Positions 1 to 7,785 are shown, numbered from the stretch's first letter. The stretch is 24,670 nucleotides of DNA from Verrucomicrobiota bacterium (GCA_045046875.1 JASFYY010000016.1:1-24670); one strand, 5' to 3'. Notes: a model not told the origin generated them from the sequence alone. Numbers and translations are program-made.

Positions 1-75
1 TGGTACCCCGCCTTGGATTCGAACCAAGAACCTGCGGATTAAGAGTCCGTTGATCTACCGTTGATCTAGCGAGGC
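1..75 (-). tRNA. tRNA-Lys(CTT), CCA encoded
   Basis: Reverse complement folds as GCCTCGC-TA-GATC AACGGTA GATC-A-ACGGA CT CTT AA TCCGC-AGGTT-CTTGG TTCGAAT CCAAG-GCGGGGT-A-CCA. Anticodon at 41-43; canonical T-loop. Confidence 0.95.
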
Positions 76-162
76 ATTCATATCACTGATGGGATAGTTT
101 TATATGAAAATCTGCGTTTTGCAAGTGGAGCTTGAGCAATGGTAAATGTTATATCCTAAATG

Positions 163-1095
163 TTAAATTTCCCTGGGTTGTGTCTTGATCTGCTTGCGGA
201 TGAACTGATCGGAGTCTTCGATGACTTTTTCCAGGGTCTTGAGGTCGGTGCCGTTGCCCCAGTAGAAGCCGTGGGGGTTGTTGGGGTAATCGATGTTGAT
301 ATAAGTTTTGTTGGCAGCTTTGAACTCGGGTATGATGTAGTCCTTGTTCAGAGTGTTCAGCTGACTGATGCCGCCGTGTAACATGAGGACCGGGCAGTTG
401 AGGTTTTTGATGATCGTCTGGGTTATCTTTTGGGCTTCGCTGTCATAGGCTTTTTTAAAGTCTTTGTAGACGGCTCCGGTGGATCCGCCGGCTTTGCTGT
501 ACATGCCGGTCATCAGCAGGGTGGCGGGTTCGCCGGCGACGATGGCGGTGACATCGGTCAGCGAAGCGGCGTGGATGGCGAGGTTGGCTCCGGCGCTTCC
601 GCCGTAAAGGATGAAGCTGTTTTTATCGACGAGGGGGACGGCTTGCAGGGTTTTGATCGCGGCGACGGTGTCATCGGCAGCGCCTGTGACATCAGCGTAA
701 TTGTCTCCGCGCATCACTCTGCGGGTGGCGTGGGCGATGAGGTAGCCTTTTTTCAGGAAGCGGGTTTGCACCGCGCCTTTCATCAGTGAGCCCCGGCCAC
801 CCCGGACGGTATCAAGGCCGCCGTGTAAAAATAGAATGGTGGGGAAGGGGCCTTTGCCGAGTGGGGCGATGTAACCCATGTTGAATTTGCTGCCGTCTTT
901 GGAAGTGACCTTGAGGGAGGTGTATGCGGAAATGTCACAGGGTAAGGGGATGCCGGGTAGGCTGGTTTTGTCGCGTTTGCCATTGTCACCCTTGGTGGCT
1001 TTTTTTTCGTTGGTGTCGGCGGTGTCGGCGGTGTCGGCGGAATAGGCCGGGTTGATCAGGAGTAGGGCTGAGAGTAGTAGGGCAAGGGTTTTCAT
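163..1095 (-). CDS. Secreted alpha/beta-fold serine hydrolase (S9/esterase-like)
   Basis: Start moved to MKTLALLLSALLL (signal peptide, CAT at 1093-1095). LHGG oxyanion motif, YGGSAG nucleophile elbow, C-terminal PHGF His. The upstream ORF extension is repeat-derived. Confidence 0.85.
   Translation of the reverse strand: MKTLALLLSALLLINPAYSADTADTADTNEKKATKGDNGKRDKTSLPGIPLPCDISAYTSLKVTSKDGSKFNMGYIAPLGKGPFPTILFLHGGLDTVRGGRGSLMKGAVQTRFLKKGYLIAHATRRVMRGDNYADVTGAADDTVAAIKTLQAVPLVDKNSFILYGGSAGANLAIHAASLTDVTAIVAGEPATLLMTGMYSKAGGSTGAVYKDFKKAYDSEAQKITQTIIKNLNCPVLMLHGGISQLNTLNKDYIIPEFKAANKTYINIDYPNNPHGFYWGNGTDLKTLEKVIEDSDQFIRKQIKTQPREI
1012..1038. repeat. In-frame 9-bp tandem repeat (GGTGTCGGC)x3 encoding ADT-ADT-ADT after the signal peptide
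   Basis: Three perfect units at 1012, 1021 and 1030. Confidence 0.9.
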
Positions 1096-1107
1096 AGCAG
1101 AGGGGAG

Positions 1108-1151
1108 TTGGAACCACGAAAGACACGAAAGGCACGAAAAAATGAGAGTGG
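1108..1151 (+). repeat. 9-bp-period CACGAA repeat element (TTGGAAC-CACGAAxxx x3-...TGAGAGTGG)
   Basis: CACGAA at 1115, 1124 and 1133; related copies at 2813, 3711, 4759 and 14170. Confidence 0.85.
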
Positions 1152-1222
1152 GTGGATGAGATGAGTGAGGATTTGAAGAGGTGTTGGATGATGAATTTAA
1201 TGGAGCGAATAGGGAAGGGGGG

Positions 1223-1257
1223 GAATATCCAATATCGAACAAGGAGCAAGGAATGAT
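1223..1257 (+). repeat. Degenerate heptamer tandem repeat (GAATATC CAATATC GAACAAG GAGCAAG GAATGAT)
   Basis: 7-bp period; same family as 7869-7906. Confidence 0.75.
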
Positions 1258-1295
1258 GAGTGTAAACGGGGGGCGTGAATAGGGGAGGGGGAAGG

Positions 1296-1330
1296 AGTTG
1301 AGAATTGTTAGTGGAGAGTTGAGAATTAAT
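1296..1330 (+). repeat. Degenerate heptamer tandem repeat (AGTTGAG AATTGTT AGTGGAG AGTTGAG AATTAAT)
   Basis: 7-bp period, five units. Confidence 0.7.
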
Positions 1331-1410
1331 GATCATCTTTGTCTCGCGACCGCGGTGCGACATGGGAGGTGAATGATTGAAGAGAAAAATTTCAGACCAG
1401 GCAATAAAGA

Positions 1411-2841
1411 ATGAAAAAAATTATCTGTGGTTATTTGTTGTTATCGGTTTTTGGGCTGTTGGGGGCGGAGGCGAAGCCGAATGTGTTGTTTATTATTTCG
1501 GATGATCTGACGGCGGAGTCGTTGGGGTGTTATGGCAACAAACAATGCAAGACGCCGAATATTGACCGGCTGGCGAAACAGGGAGTTCGGTTCACCCGAG
1601 CTTATTGTCAGTATGGGGTGTGTGGGGCGTCGCGGGCTTCGATGATGTCGGGCATGTTTCCCCAGGGGATCGATGTGATCACCAATCCGGATGCGACCAC
1701 GGATCGTTTTACAAAAAACTTGGGGGATCGTTCTTCGATGGCGCAGATATTCAAGCGTAATGCATATTACACGGCGCGGGTGAGTAAAATTTATCACATG
1801 CGGGTGCCGGGGGATATCACCGCGGGGGTGCACGGACCGGATCATGCGGCGTCATGGACGGAACGTTTTTCGGTCAAGGCTCCGGAGCAGTGGAGCATCG
1901 GTGAGCATGAACATATCTCGAATGAGAAGTTGAAGTTTGAACGGGACAAACATTACAGCCTGGGTTTTGGCTGGGCTTATTACTCGGTGAAAACTTCGAC
2001 CGATGGAACGGAGCAGGCGGATGAGCTTGCCTGCAACAAGGCGATCGAGGTGCTCAAACAACACAGTGACAAACCGTTTTTTCTCGCGGTGGGTTTTGTT
2101 CGTCCGCATGTTCCGCTAGTGGCGCCGGTGTCCTATTTTGAGTCGTATCCCTTCGAGAAAATGGAGACACACAAGGTGGATCCGAGTAAGGATCGTGGAT
2201 CGAAAAAGAAGGGCATCACGGCAATCGATAAAAAGCAGAAGGTTCTCGCTGCCTATTACGCGGCGACGAGTTATATGGATGCCCAGGTGGGCCGACTGCT
2301 TGAAGCTCTGGATGCAAGTGGGGTGCGTGACAATACGGTGGTGGTCTTCACCTCGGATCACGGATATTCACTGGGCAACCAGGGGCGCTGGAGTAAGGGA
2401 GGGCTGGCGGAAGAGGTGGCGCGGGTTCCGTTGATCGTCGATGCACCGGGGATCAGTCCGGCGGTGAGTGGATCGCTGGTGCAGTTGGTGGATCTTTTTC
2501 CGACTTTTGCGGACTTGGCGGGTTTTGAGATTCCCGAACATGTGCAGGGAAAATCCTTTGCGGCGGTATTGAAGGATCCGGGTCAGGACGTGCATGAGTT
2601 TGCTTATACCCTGGCGGGCAAGCGTGGGGACAGCCAGAGCCATTTGATCCGGACGAAGCGCTGGGCCTTTACGGCGAAAAGTAATGGCGAAAATCCGGGA
2701 CTTTATGATATGGAGGTGGATCCGAAGCGGTTGAAAAACCTGGCGAGGGATCCTGAGTATAAAGGGACGGTGGAGAAGATGAGGGGCTTGCTGCGGGAGC
2801 ACTTGGAAGAAATTGGAACCACGAATGACACGAGAAATTGA
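1411..2841 (+). CDS. Formylglycine-dependent sulfatase, iduronate-2-sulfatase-like (probably S1_7)
   Basis: Signal peptide; PNVLFIISDD; CGASRASMMSG (CxAxR); SKIYH; PFFLAVGFVRPHVP; FTSDHG. Confidence 0.92.
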   Translation: MKKIICGYLLLSVFGLLGAEAKPNVLFIISDDLTAESLGCYGNKQCKTPNIDRLAKQGVRFTRAYCQYGVCGASRASMMSGMFPQGIDVITNPDATTDRFTKNLGDRSSMAQIFKRNAYYTARVSKIYHMRVPGDITAGVHGPDHAASWTERFSVKAPEQWSIGEHEHISNEKLKFERDKHYSLGFGWAYYSVKTSTDGTEQADELACNKAIEVLKQHSDKPFFLAVGFVRPHVPLVAPVSYFESYPFEKMETHKVDPSKDRGSKKKGITAIDKKQKVLAAYYAATSYMDAQVGRLLEALDASGVRDNTVVVFTSDHGYSLGNQGRWSKGGLAEEVARVPLIVDAPGISPAVSGSLVQLVDLFPTFADLAGFEIPEHVQGKSFAAVLKDPGQDVHEFAYTLAGKRGDSQSHLIRTKRWAFTAKSNGENPGLYDMEVDPKRLKNLARDPEYKGTVEKMRGLLREHLEEIGTTNDTRN

Positions 2842-2847
2842 GAGTGG
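2813..2847 (+). repeat. CACGAA-family element overlapping the sulfatase C-terminus and stop
   Basis: TTGGAACCACGAATGACACGAGAAATTGAGAGTGG matches 1108-1151 minus one unit; contains the TGA at 2839-2841. Confidence 0.75.
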
Positions 2848-2860
2848 ATTCAGTTTAACC

Positions 2861-3039
2861 GGCACAATGTACCGACTCTATGTCAGCCTGAGGGCATCGC
2901 CCCGGGAAGGTCGGAGCAAAAAAAATAGCCTCAACCAGGCGACGCTGATCTCAAGCCTTTAGGGTCGCCCCGTTAGGGCTAACATAGGGCTACCCCTTTG
3001 GGGTTTGAGAGGTCGAAGGGAATGTTGTGAGGTCGCCTG
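2861..3039. repeat. Degenerate REP-like palindrome cluster between convergent genes (possible bidirectional terminator)
   Basis: AGCCTGAGGGCATCGCCCCGGG, GCCCCGTTAGGGC and ACCCCTTTGGGGT hairpins; nested inverted repeats CAGGCGAC(2936)/GTCGCCTG(3032) and TCTCAA(2949)/TTGAGA(3005). Resembles the MITE-internal units. Confidence 0.6.
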
Positions 3040-3066
3040 TTTTACCTGCATTCGCGGGATTGGCTG

Positions 3067-3669
3067 TCAATTATCCATTGGAGCCGTTGAAATCCAGGCT
3101 TTTAACTTCTCCAGCGCTCTGCCGCGGTGGCTGAGTTGGTTTTTGGTGGTGGCGGGCAGGATGCCGAAGCTTTCGCTGTATCCTTCGGGGATGAAGAGCG
3201 GGTCGTAACCGAAGCCTCCATCGCCGCTTTCTGCTGTGGCGATGGAGCCTTCGCAAGTGCCGTCACAGGAGGTGAGGACTTTGCCGTTTTTCACTAAAAT
3301 GAGGACGCAGCGGAAACGGGCGCTGCGTTTGGCGACTCCGTCCAGTGCAAAGAGCAGGTGGCTGCGATTGTCTGCATCGCTGGCGTTTTTGCCGGCGTAG
3401 CGGGCGGAATAGACTCCCGGAGCTCCGGCCAGGGCATCGACTTCGAGGCCGGAATCGTCGGCGAGGATGGTGGCGTCGGGGAAGCGGGCACTGGCGTCGA
3501 GGGCTTTGATCAGGGCGTTGGCTTCGAAGGTATTGCCGGTTTCTTCGGGTGCGGGGTGATCGTCCGGATTGGACTGTTGGGTGAGATCGGTGATGGGGTT
3601 GAAGTGATCGGCGAGCAGTGCGGCGATTTCTTCGGTTTTGTGGGAATTGTGGGAGGCTACAATTAGCAT
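3067..3669 (-). CDS. rdgB: RdgB/HAM1 non-canonical purine NTP (dITP/XTP) pyrophosphatase
   Basis: ASHNSHK, EETGNTFEANA, ADDSGLEVDALAGAPGVYSARYAG, GFGYDPLF, KNQLSHRGRAL. Start is ATG at 3669 or 3690, both inside a heptamer tract. Confidence 0.96.
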   Translation of the reverse strand: MLIVASHNSHKTEEIAALLADHFNPITDLTQQSNPDDHPAPEETGNTFEANALIKALDASARFPDATILADDSGLEVDALAGAPGVYSARYAGKNASDADNRSHLLFALDGVAKRSARFRCVLILVKNGKVLTSCDGTCEGSIATAESGDGGFGYDPLFIPEGYSESFGILPATTKNQLSHRGRALEKLKAWISTAPMDN

Positions 3670-3714
3670 TTGGGATTTAGCAATTAACATTTGGGAAGAG
3701 GAATTAAGAATTGG
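3661..3714 (+). repeat. Heptamer repeat (AATTAGC ATTTGGG ATTTAGC AATTAAC ATTTGGG ...) overlapping the rdgB start
   Basis: 7-bp period; produces the duplicated SQMLI in the ORF; same family as 6006-6047. Confidence 0.75.
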
Positions 3715-3743
3715 AACCACTAATTAACACGAATGGACACTAA
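3711..3743 (+). repeat. 10-bp-period variant of the CACGAA element (TTGGAAC CACTAA..CACGAA..CACTAA)
   Basis: CACTAA at 3718, CACGAA at 3728, CACTAA at 3738. Confidence 0.75.
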
Positions 3744-3781
3744 GGATAGGAAAGAAAGAGCATGATTTGGGAGAGACTCAA

Positions 3782-3810
3782 TTGACAATGGGCAAGCGTG
3801 AATGGAAAAT
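3782..3810 (+). promoter_or_regulatory. Possible sigma70 promoter TTGACA-N17-GAAAAT for the SGNH gene
   Basis: Perfect -35 at 3782-3787 and weak -10 at 3805-3810. It would place the transcription start near ATG 3815/3818, i.e. nearly leaderless. Confidence 0.3.
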
Positions 3811-4759
3811 GAAAATGATGAAGAGTTTTAAGATAGGTAAAATGATTGGACTGATGGGGGCGGGGCTGTTGGTGCTGGGGCAGGTGGGGCTGGCGCAGGA
3901 TGCGAAGAAGGGGGATCAGAACAAGGTGAATACCCGGACGCGGCCGGGCAGTATGATGGAGGATTCGCCGGTGAAGTTTCCGGAAAAGGGGGCGCTGCCG
4001 TCGAAATACAATCCGGATATCAAAGCGCCGCGACAGGATGCGGAGAAGGATTATTTTATTTTTGCCTCACCTTGTCGTTCGCTGAAGCAGATTGAGCAGA
4101 TTCAGCAGGAGATGCCCAAGGGGGAGTTTACGGTGGCGAAGCAGGATTGGTCGGGTTTGCAGCGCACGCATAAGATTCTGACTGAGGGAGGGGATCTGCA
4201 TATCATGGCGGTGGGGGATAGTATTGTGAACGATACGATGCGTTCGGGCTGGGTAGGGAAGCTTCAAGAGGCGTATCCCAAAGCGAAAATCAAAACGACG
4301 GTGTATGTGCGTGGAGGTGGCGGTTGCCGTCACTATCGCGAAGAGGGGCGGGTGCAGAAGTATATCGTTCCGCGCAAACCGGATTTGGTTTTTATAGGTG
4401 GTATCAGTCAGCGTGGGGACATTGATTCGATTCGCGAGGTGATGCAGCAGATTCGCAAGGATTTGCCGCAGGTGGAATTTTTTCTGGCTTCGGGGGTGTT
4501 TGGCACGACGGATCCGCGTCAGCCGGAAGCGCTGGCCAAGGCACAGCATTCGGGCAGTGCGGCGTATGGGGCGGGTTTGAAGGAACTGGCGAAGCAGGAG
4601 GGTGCGGCTTATCTGGATATGACAACGCCTTGGGCGGAATATGTGGTGTCGTCAGGCGTGCATCCACATGTGTTCTATCGCGATGTGGTTCATGCTAATC
4701 CTTATGGTGAGCAGATATTGAGTAAGATATTGATGGCGTGGTGGAAGCCGGGGGAATAG
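3809..4759 (+). CDS. Secreted SGNH/GDSL-like hydrolase (putative esterase)
   Basis: Signal peptide ending GLA-Q; block I AVGDSI, block II GGGG, block V DVVHAN; block III atypical (GGISQ). Start is uncertain among 3809, 3815 and 3818. Confidence 0.8.
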   Translation: MKMMKSFKIGKMIGLMGAGLLVLGQVGLAQDAKKGDQNKVNTRTRPGSMMEDSPVKFPEKGALPSKYNPDIKAPRQDAEKDYFIFASPCRSLKQIEQIQQEMPKGEFTVAKQDWSGLQRTHKILTEGGDLHIMAVGDSIVNDTMRSGWVGKLQEAYPKAKIKTTVYVRGGGGCRHYREEGRVQKYIVPRKPDLVFIGGISQRGDIDSIREVMQQIRKDLPQVEFFLASGVFGTTDPRQPEALAKAQHSGSAAYGAGLKELAKQEGAAYLDMTTPWAEYVVSSGVHPHVFYRDVVHANPYGEQILSKILMAWWKPGE

Positions 4760-4786
4760 AACCACGAAAACCACGAAAGACACGAA
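4759..4786 (+). repeat. 9-bp-period CACGAA repeat abutting the SGNH stop
   Basis: CACGAA at 4763, 4772 and 4781. Confidence 0.85.
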
Positions 4787-4899
4787 ATTGAAGAGAATAG
4801 ATTTTTTAGTGGAGAAGAGGAGGAGTCGGAGGAAATTACTCGCAGGCAATGATGCAGAGGGAAGAGAAGATTGATGAAGTAGGAAGGTAGGGAATATTT

Positions 4900-6018
4900 A
4901 TGAAATCGCGTGCTGTTATTGCTTTGGGAGACGGCTCTTTTGAGCTCACCGACTTACAAGTGGCTGAGGATCCGGGGGGGGATGAGGTGTTGGTGCGGAT
5001 TCGGGCGGCTGGGGTTTGTCATACGGATTATGATTCGCTGACTTGGGGCAAGGCGATTGTGATGGGGCACGAGGGAGCGGGTGAGGTGGTGGCGGTGGGG
5101 GAGAATGTGAAGACGGTGGCGGCGGGGGATCGGGTGGTATTGAACTGGGCGATTTCTTGTGGTGAGTGTTTTCAGTGTCAGCGGGGGAACTTTGCGATTT
5201 GTGAAAAACATTCGCCGGTGGCATCACCGACGCCATTAGAAGGGCATGCGCGGGTGGAGGCGACGTTGCGTGGCAATGGCCAGCCGATTGAACGCTCGTT
5301 TAATATTGGCACGATGTCTGAGCTGACGATGGTGCGCAAGGAGGCGGTGGTGAAGATTCCAGAGGGTAATGATATTTCTTATGAAGCGGCTTGTATCATT
5401 GGCTGTGGGGTGATGACGGGTTATGGCTCGGTGGTGAATGCGGCCAAGGTGGAGGCGGGATCTTCGGTGGTGGTGATCGGTTGTGGTGGGGTGGGATTGA
5501 ATGTGATTCAGGGTGCGCGCATTGCAGGAGCGGGACGCATCATTGCGCTGGATTTGAGTGCGGAGCGCTTGGTGATGGCGCAGCAGTTTGGGGCGACGCA
5601 TATCATTCAGACGGATAAAAATGACAAGGGGCTGCTGAATGCGGCGGCGGAGGTGCGGGTTTTAACTGAAACCCGTGGGGCGGATTATGCTTTTGAAGCG
5701 ACGGCGGTGCCAGCGCTGGGGGCGGCTCCGCTGGCGATGATCCGCAATGCGGGCACAGCAGTGCAGGTGAGCGGGATCGAGGAGGATCTGACGATCGATA
5801 TGAATCTGTTCGAGTGGGATAAAACCTATCTGAATCCGCTTTATGGTTTGTGCAATGCTCCAGTGGATTTCCCAAAAATGCTGGAGCTGTATCAGCAGGG
5901 GGATTTGTTACTGGATGAAATGATCACCCGGACTTACAAGCTGGATCAACTGGGCGAAGCTTTTGCGGATATGCACAGTGGGAATATCGCCAAAGGAGTC
6001 ATTTCATTTAGCATTTAG
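4900..6018 (+). CDS. Zn-dependent medium-chain alcohol dehydrogenase, FoADH/ZoADH-like (6-O-methyl-galactose-associated clade)
   Basis: GVCHTD, GHEGAG, structural Zn CxxCxxCx7C, GCGGVG Rossmann motif. Clade call rests on recalled signatures DSLxWGK, IERSFNIGT, LGAAPLAMIRNAGTAVQVSGIE and LFEWDKxYxNPLYG; the Zn-ADH call is much firmer than the clade call. Confidence 0.9.
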   Translation: MKSRAVIALGDGSFELTDLQVAEDPGGDEVLVRIRAAGVCHTDYDSLTWGKAIVMGHEGAGEVVAVGENVKTVAAGDRVVLNWAISCGECFQCQRGNFAICEKHSPVASPTPLEGHARVEATLRGNGQPIERSFNIGTMSELTMVRKEAVVKIPEGNDISYEAACIIGCGVMTGYGSVVNAAKVEAGSSVVVIGCGGVGLNVIQGARIAGAGRIIALDLSAERLVMAQQFGATHIIQTDKNDKGLLNAAAEVRVLTETRGADYAFEATAVPALGAAPLAMIRNAGTAVQVSGIEEDLTIDMNLFEWDKTYLNPLYGLCNAPVDFPKMLELYQQGDLLLDEMITRTYKLDQLGEAFADMHSGNIAKGVISFSI

Positions 6019-6047
6019 GAATTAACATTTAGCATTTTTGAATTAGT
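6006..6047 (+). repeat. Heptamer repeat (ATTTAGC ATTTAGG AATTAAC ATTTAGC ATTTTTG AATTAGT) containing the ADH stop
   Basis: Six 7-bp units; TAG at 6016-6018 lies in unit 2. Confidence 0.8.
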
Positions 6048-6085
6048 AAGGAATGGGCGCAGGGAGCGTTCCTCGGAGATGCTAC

Positions 6086-6127
6086 CTTCTAACTCCTATC
6101 TTCTAACTCCTATCTTCTAACTCCCCA
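6086..6127 (-). repeat. 14-bp (2x7) tandem repeat CTTCTAACTCCTAT x~3 encoding the symporter C-terminus and stop
   Basis: Units at 6086, 6100 and 6114; stop at 6103-6105. Confidence 0.9.
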
Positions 6128-7785
6128 TTCCTGTATTTCTTCATCACTGCGCGGAAGGTGTTGTCCTTGGCTCCGCGGGTGGAGGAGGGGTCTTTGAGGA
6201 ATAGGCTGAGGATCCAGGTCAGGGACATGGCGAGGCTGAATCCGATCGGCCAGTACCAGACGGAGAACCAATCGGGGTTGGCGTACATCAGGTAGATGGT
6301 GATGGCGGTGGCGGAAAAGATGCCGATGAAAACACCTCGGGTGCTGACCCGGGGGGAGAAAAAAGCGAGAATGAAGATGGCGAGCAAGGGGCCGCCAAAT
6401 GCGGAGGTGAGTTTTTTGCCGATGTCGAAGACGTCCCCGAGATCACCGACAAAACAGGCGAGGGTGACGGCGATGGCTCCGATGAATACCACCAAGCAAC
6501 GGATGATGAGCACGTCGTCTTTTTCGTTTTTGGGTTTCCATTGGGGCTTCAAGCGGTCACGGAAGTCGACGATCAGCACGGTGCTTATGGAGTGAATGCC
6601 GGAATCGATGCTCGACATGATGGCGGCCATGAGGGCGGCGAGGAACAGGCCGGACAGGCCGGGAGGGAAATGAAGTTCGACAAAACGCGGCAGGGCCTGG
6701 TCTTGTAAACCGAGAGTGAGCATGTCTTCGCGGACAGATTCGGGATGAGAGGCGTAATAGGATTTGATGTCATTTGCCGAGGGATTGCCTTTTGCGAGAA
6801 CCGCAAACTCTTCGCGATTCTGGATGTCGGTGGGCCATTCTTTAAAGGGTGAACGGTTGAGTTCCTCGTGAACTACGGGAACCAGCTCCTGCGGCTGTTG
6901 TTCGAAACGCACATGCAGCGCCATGCCGATGAAAAGCAGGGCGGGCATGATCAGCCACATGCCGGCGAGATTAAGAAAGGCACCGATTTTGGCGGTTTTT
7001 TCTGATTTGGCGGAGAGGTAGCGTTGCACCGCTACCTGATCGGCGCCAAACGCGGAGAGAGCTTCGAGGAAAACTCCGGTGATCACTGCCCAACTGCCGA
7101 ATTTGAGGGTCATCGAGGGAGTGAAGTCAAACAGGACCTTTTCCCGGCCTTCAAAATAGGAATCGACGATGCCGCTGACACCTCCACTGTCTTCGGGCGA
7201 AATGAGCAGCAGGACTACCAGGATGATGGTGATCGCAAAGACAAAAAACTGCACCACATCGGTCCACATGACGGCGCGCAGGCCACCCATCATGGTGTAG
7301 AGAATGGAAACCCCACCGAGGGCGATGATGACGCTGACCTGGGAAAAACCGGAGACGCTGGCCATGACCAGTGAAGCGGCGTAAGTGGCGGCAGCCATCC
7401 AGGCGATGCGCAGCAGGACAAACAGGCCGCTGGCGAGGCAGCGTACGGAGAGATGGAAACGGCGTTCGAGGTATTCGTAGGCGGTGGGGCATTTCAGGCG
7501 ACGGAACATGGGGATGAATACCCAGATCACCAGTGGGGTCATCAGGGTGAAGGAGATCATCACCGCGCCGACGGTCAGTCCGGTGCCGTAGGCGGCGGAG
7601 GGATACATGACAAAGCTGTTGGAGGAAAACAGGGTGGCCATGACGCTGAGCCCGACGGCCAGCCAGCCCATCGAGTTGCTGGCGGCGAAGTATTCCTTGC
7701 GCGATTGGTGTTGTCCAAAAACGACGCCCATGATGATGATGAAAGCGAGGTAGGCGGCGATGACGAGGTAGTCGGCGTAGTGCAT
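6103..7785 (-). CDS. Sodium:solute symporter (SSS/SLC5 family)
   Basis: EYFAA..MGWLAVGLSVMAT, TAYEYLERRF, YTMMGGLRAVMWTDVVQ, DQVAVQRYL, AAIMSSIDS; many transmembrane segments. Confidence 0.95.
   Translation of the reverse strand: MHYADYLVIAAYLAFIIIMGVVFGQHQSRKEYFAASNSMGWLAVGLSVMATLFSSNSFVMYPSAAYGTGLTVGAVMISFTLMTPLVIWVFIPMFRRLKCPTAYEYLERRFHLSVRCLASGLFVLLRIAWMAAATYAASLVMASVSGFSQVSVIIALGGVSILYTMMGGLRAVMWTDVVQFFVFAITIILVVLLLISPEDSGGVSGIVDSYFEGREKVLFDFTPSMTLKFGSWAVITGVFLEALSAFGADQVAVQRYLSAKSEKTAKIGAFLNLAGMWLIMPALLFIGMALHVRFEQQPQELVPVVHEELNRSPFKEWPTDIQNREEFAVLAKGNPSANDIKSYYASHPESVREDMLTLGLQDQALPRFVELHFPPGLSGLFLAALMAAIMSSIDSGIHSISTVLIVDFRDRLKPQWKPKNEKDDVLIIRCLVVFIGAIAVTLACFVGDLGDVFDIGKKLTSAFGGPLLAIFILAFFSPRVSTRGVFIGIFSATAITIYLMYANPDWFSVWYWPIGFSLAMSLTWILSLFLKDPSSTRGAKDNTFRAVMKKYRNGELEDRS

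Noticed and set aside
1..75. tRNA-Pyl or amber suppressor
   Set aside because: Anticodon is CTT, with canonical 2-nt linker, D-loop GG, TTCGAAT T-loop and 5-nt variable loop; no pyl genes in the window.
1212..1295. G-quadruplex-like G-runs in the spacer
   Set aside because: Explained by the general G-richness of the + strand; the runs are irregularly spaced.
986..1363. 125-aa ORF and the 49-aa N-terminal extension of the hydrolase
   Set aside because: Low-complexity translations of repeat tracts and G-runs.
1621..1653. Non-canonical sulfatase motif CGASR
   Set aside because: CxAxR is a known variant of the formylglycine signature.
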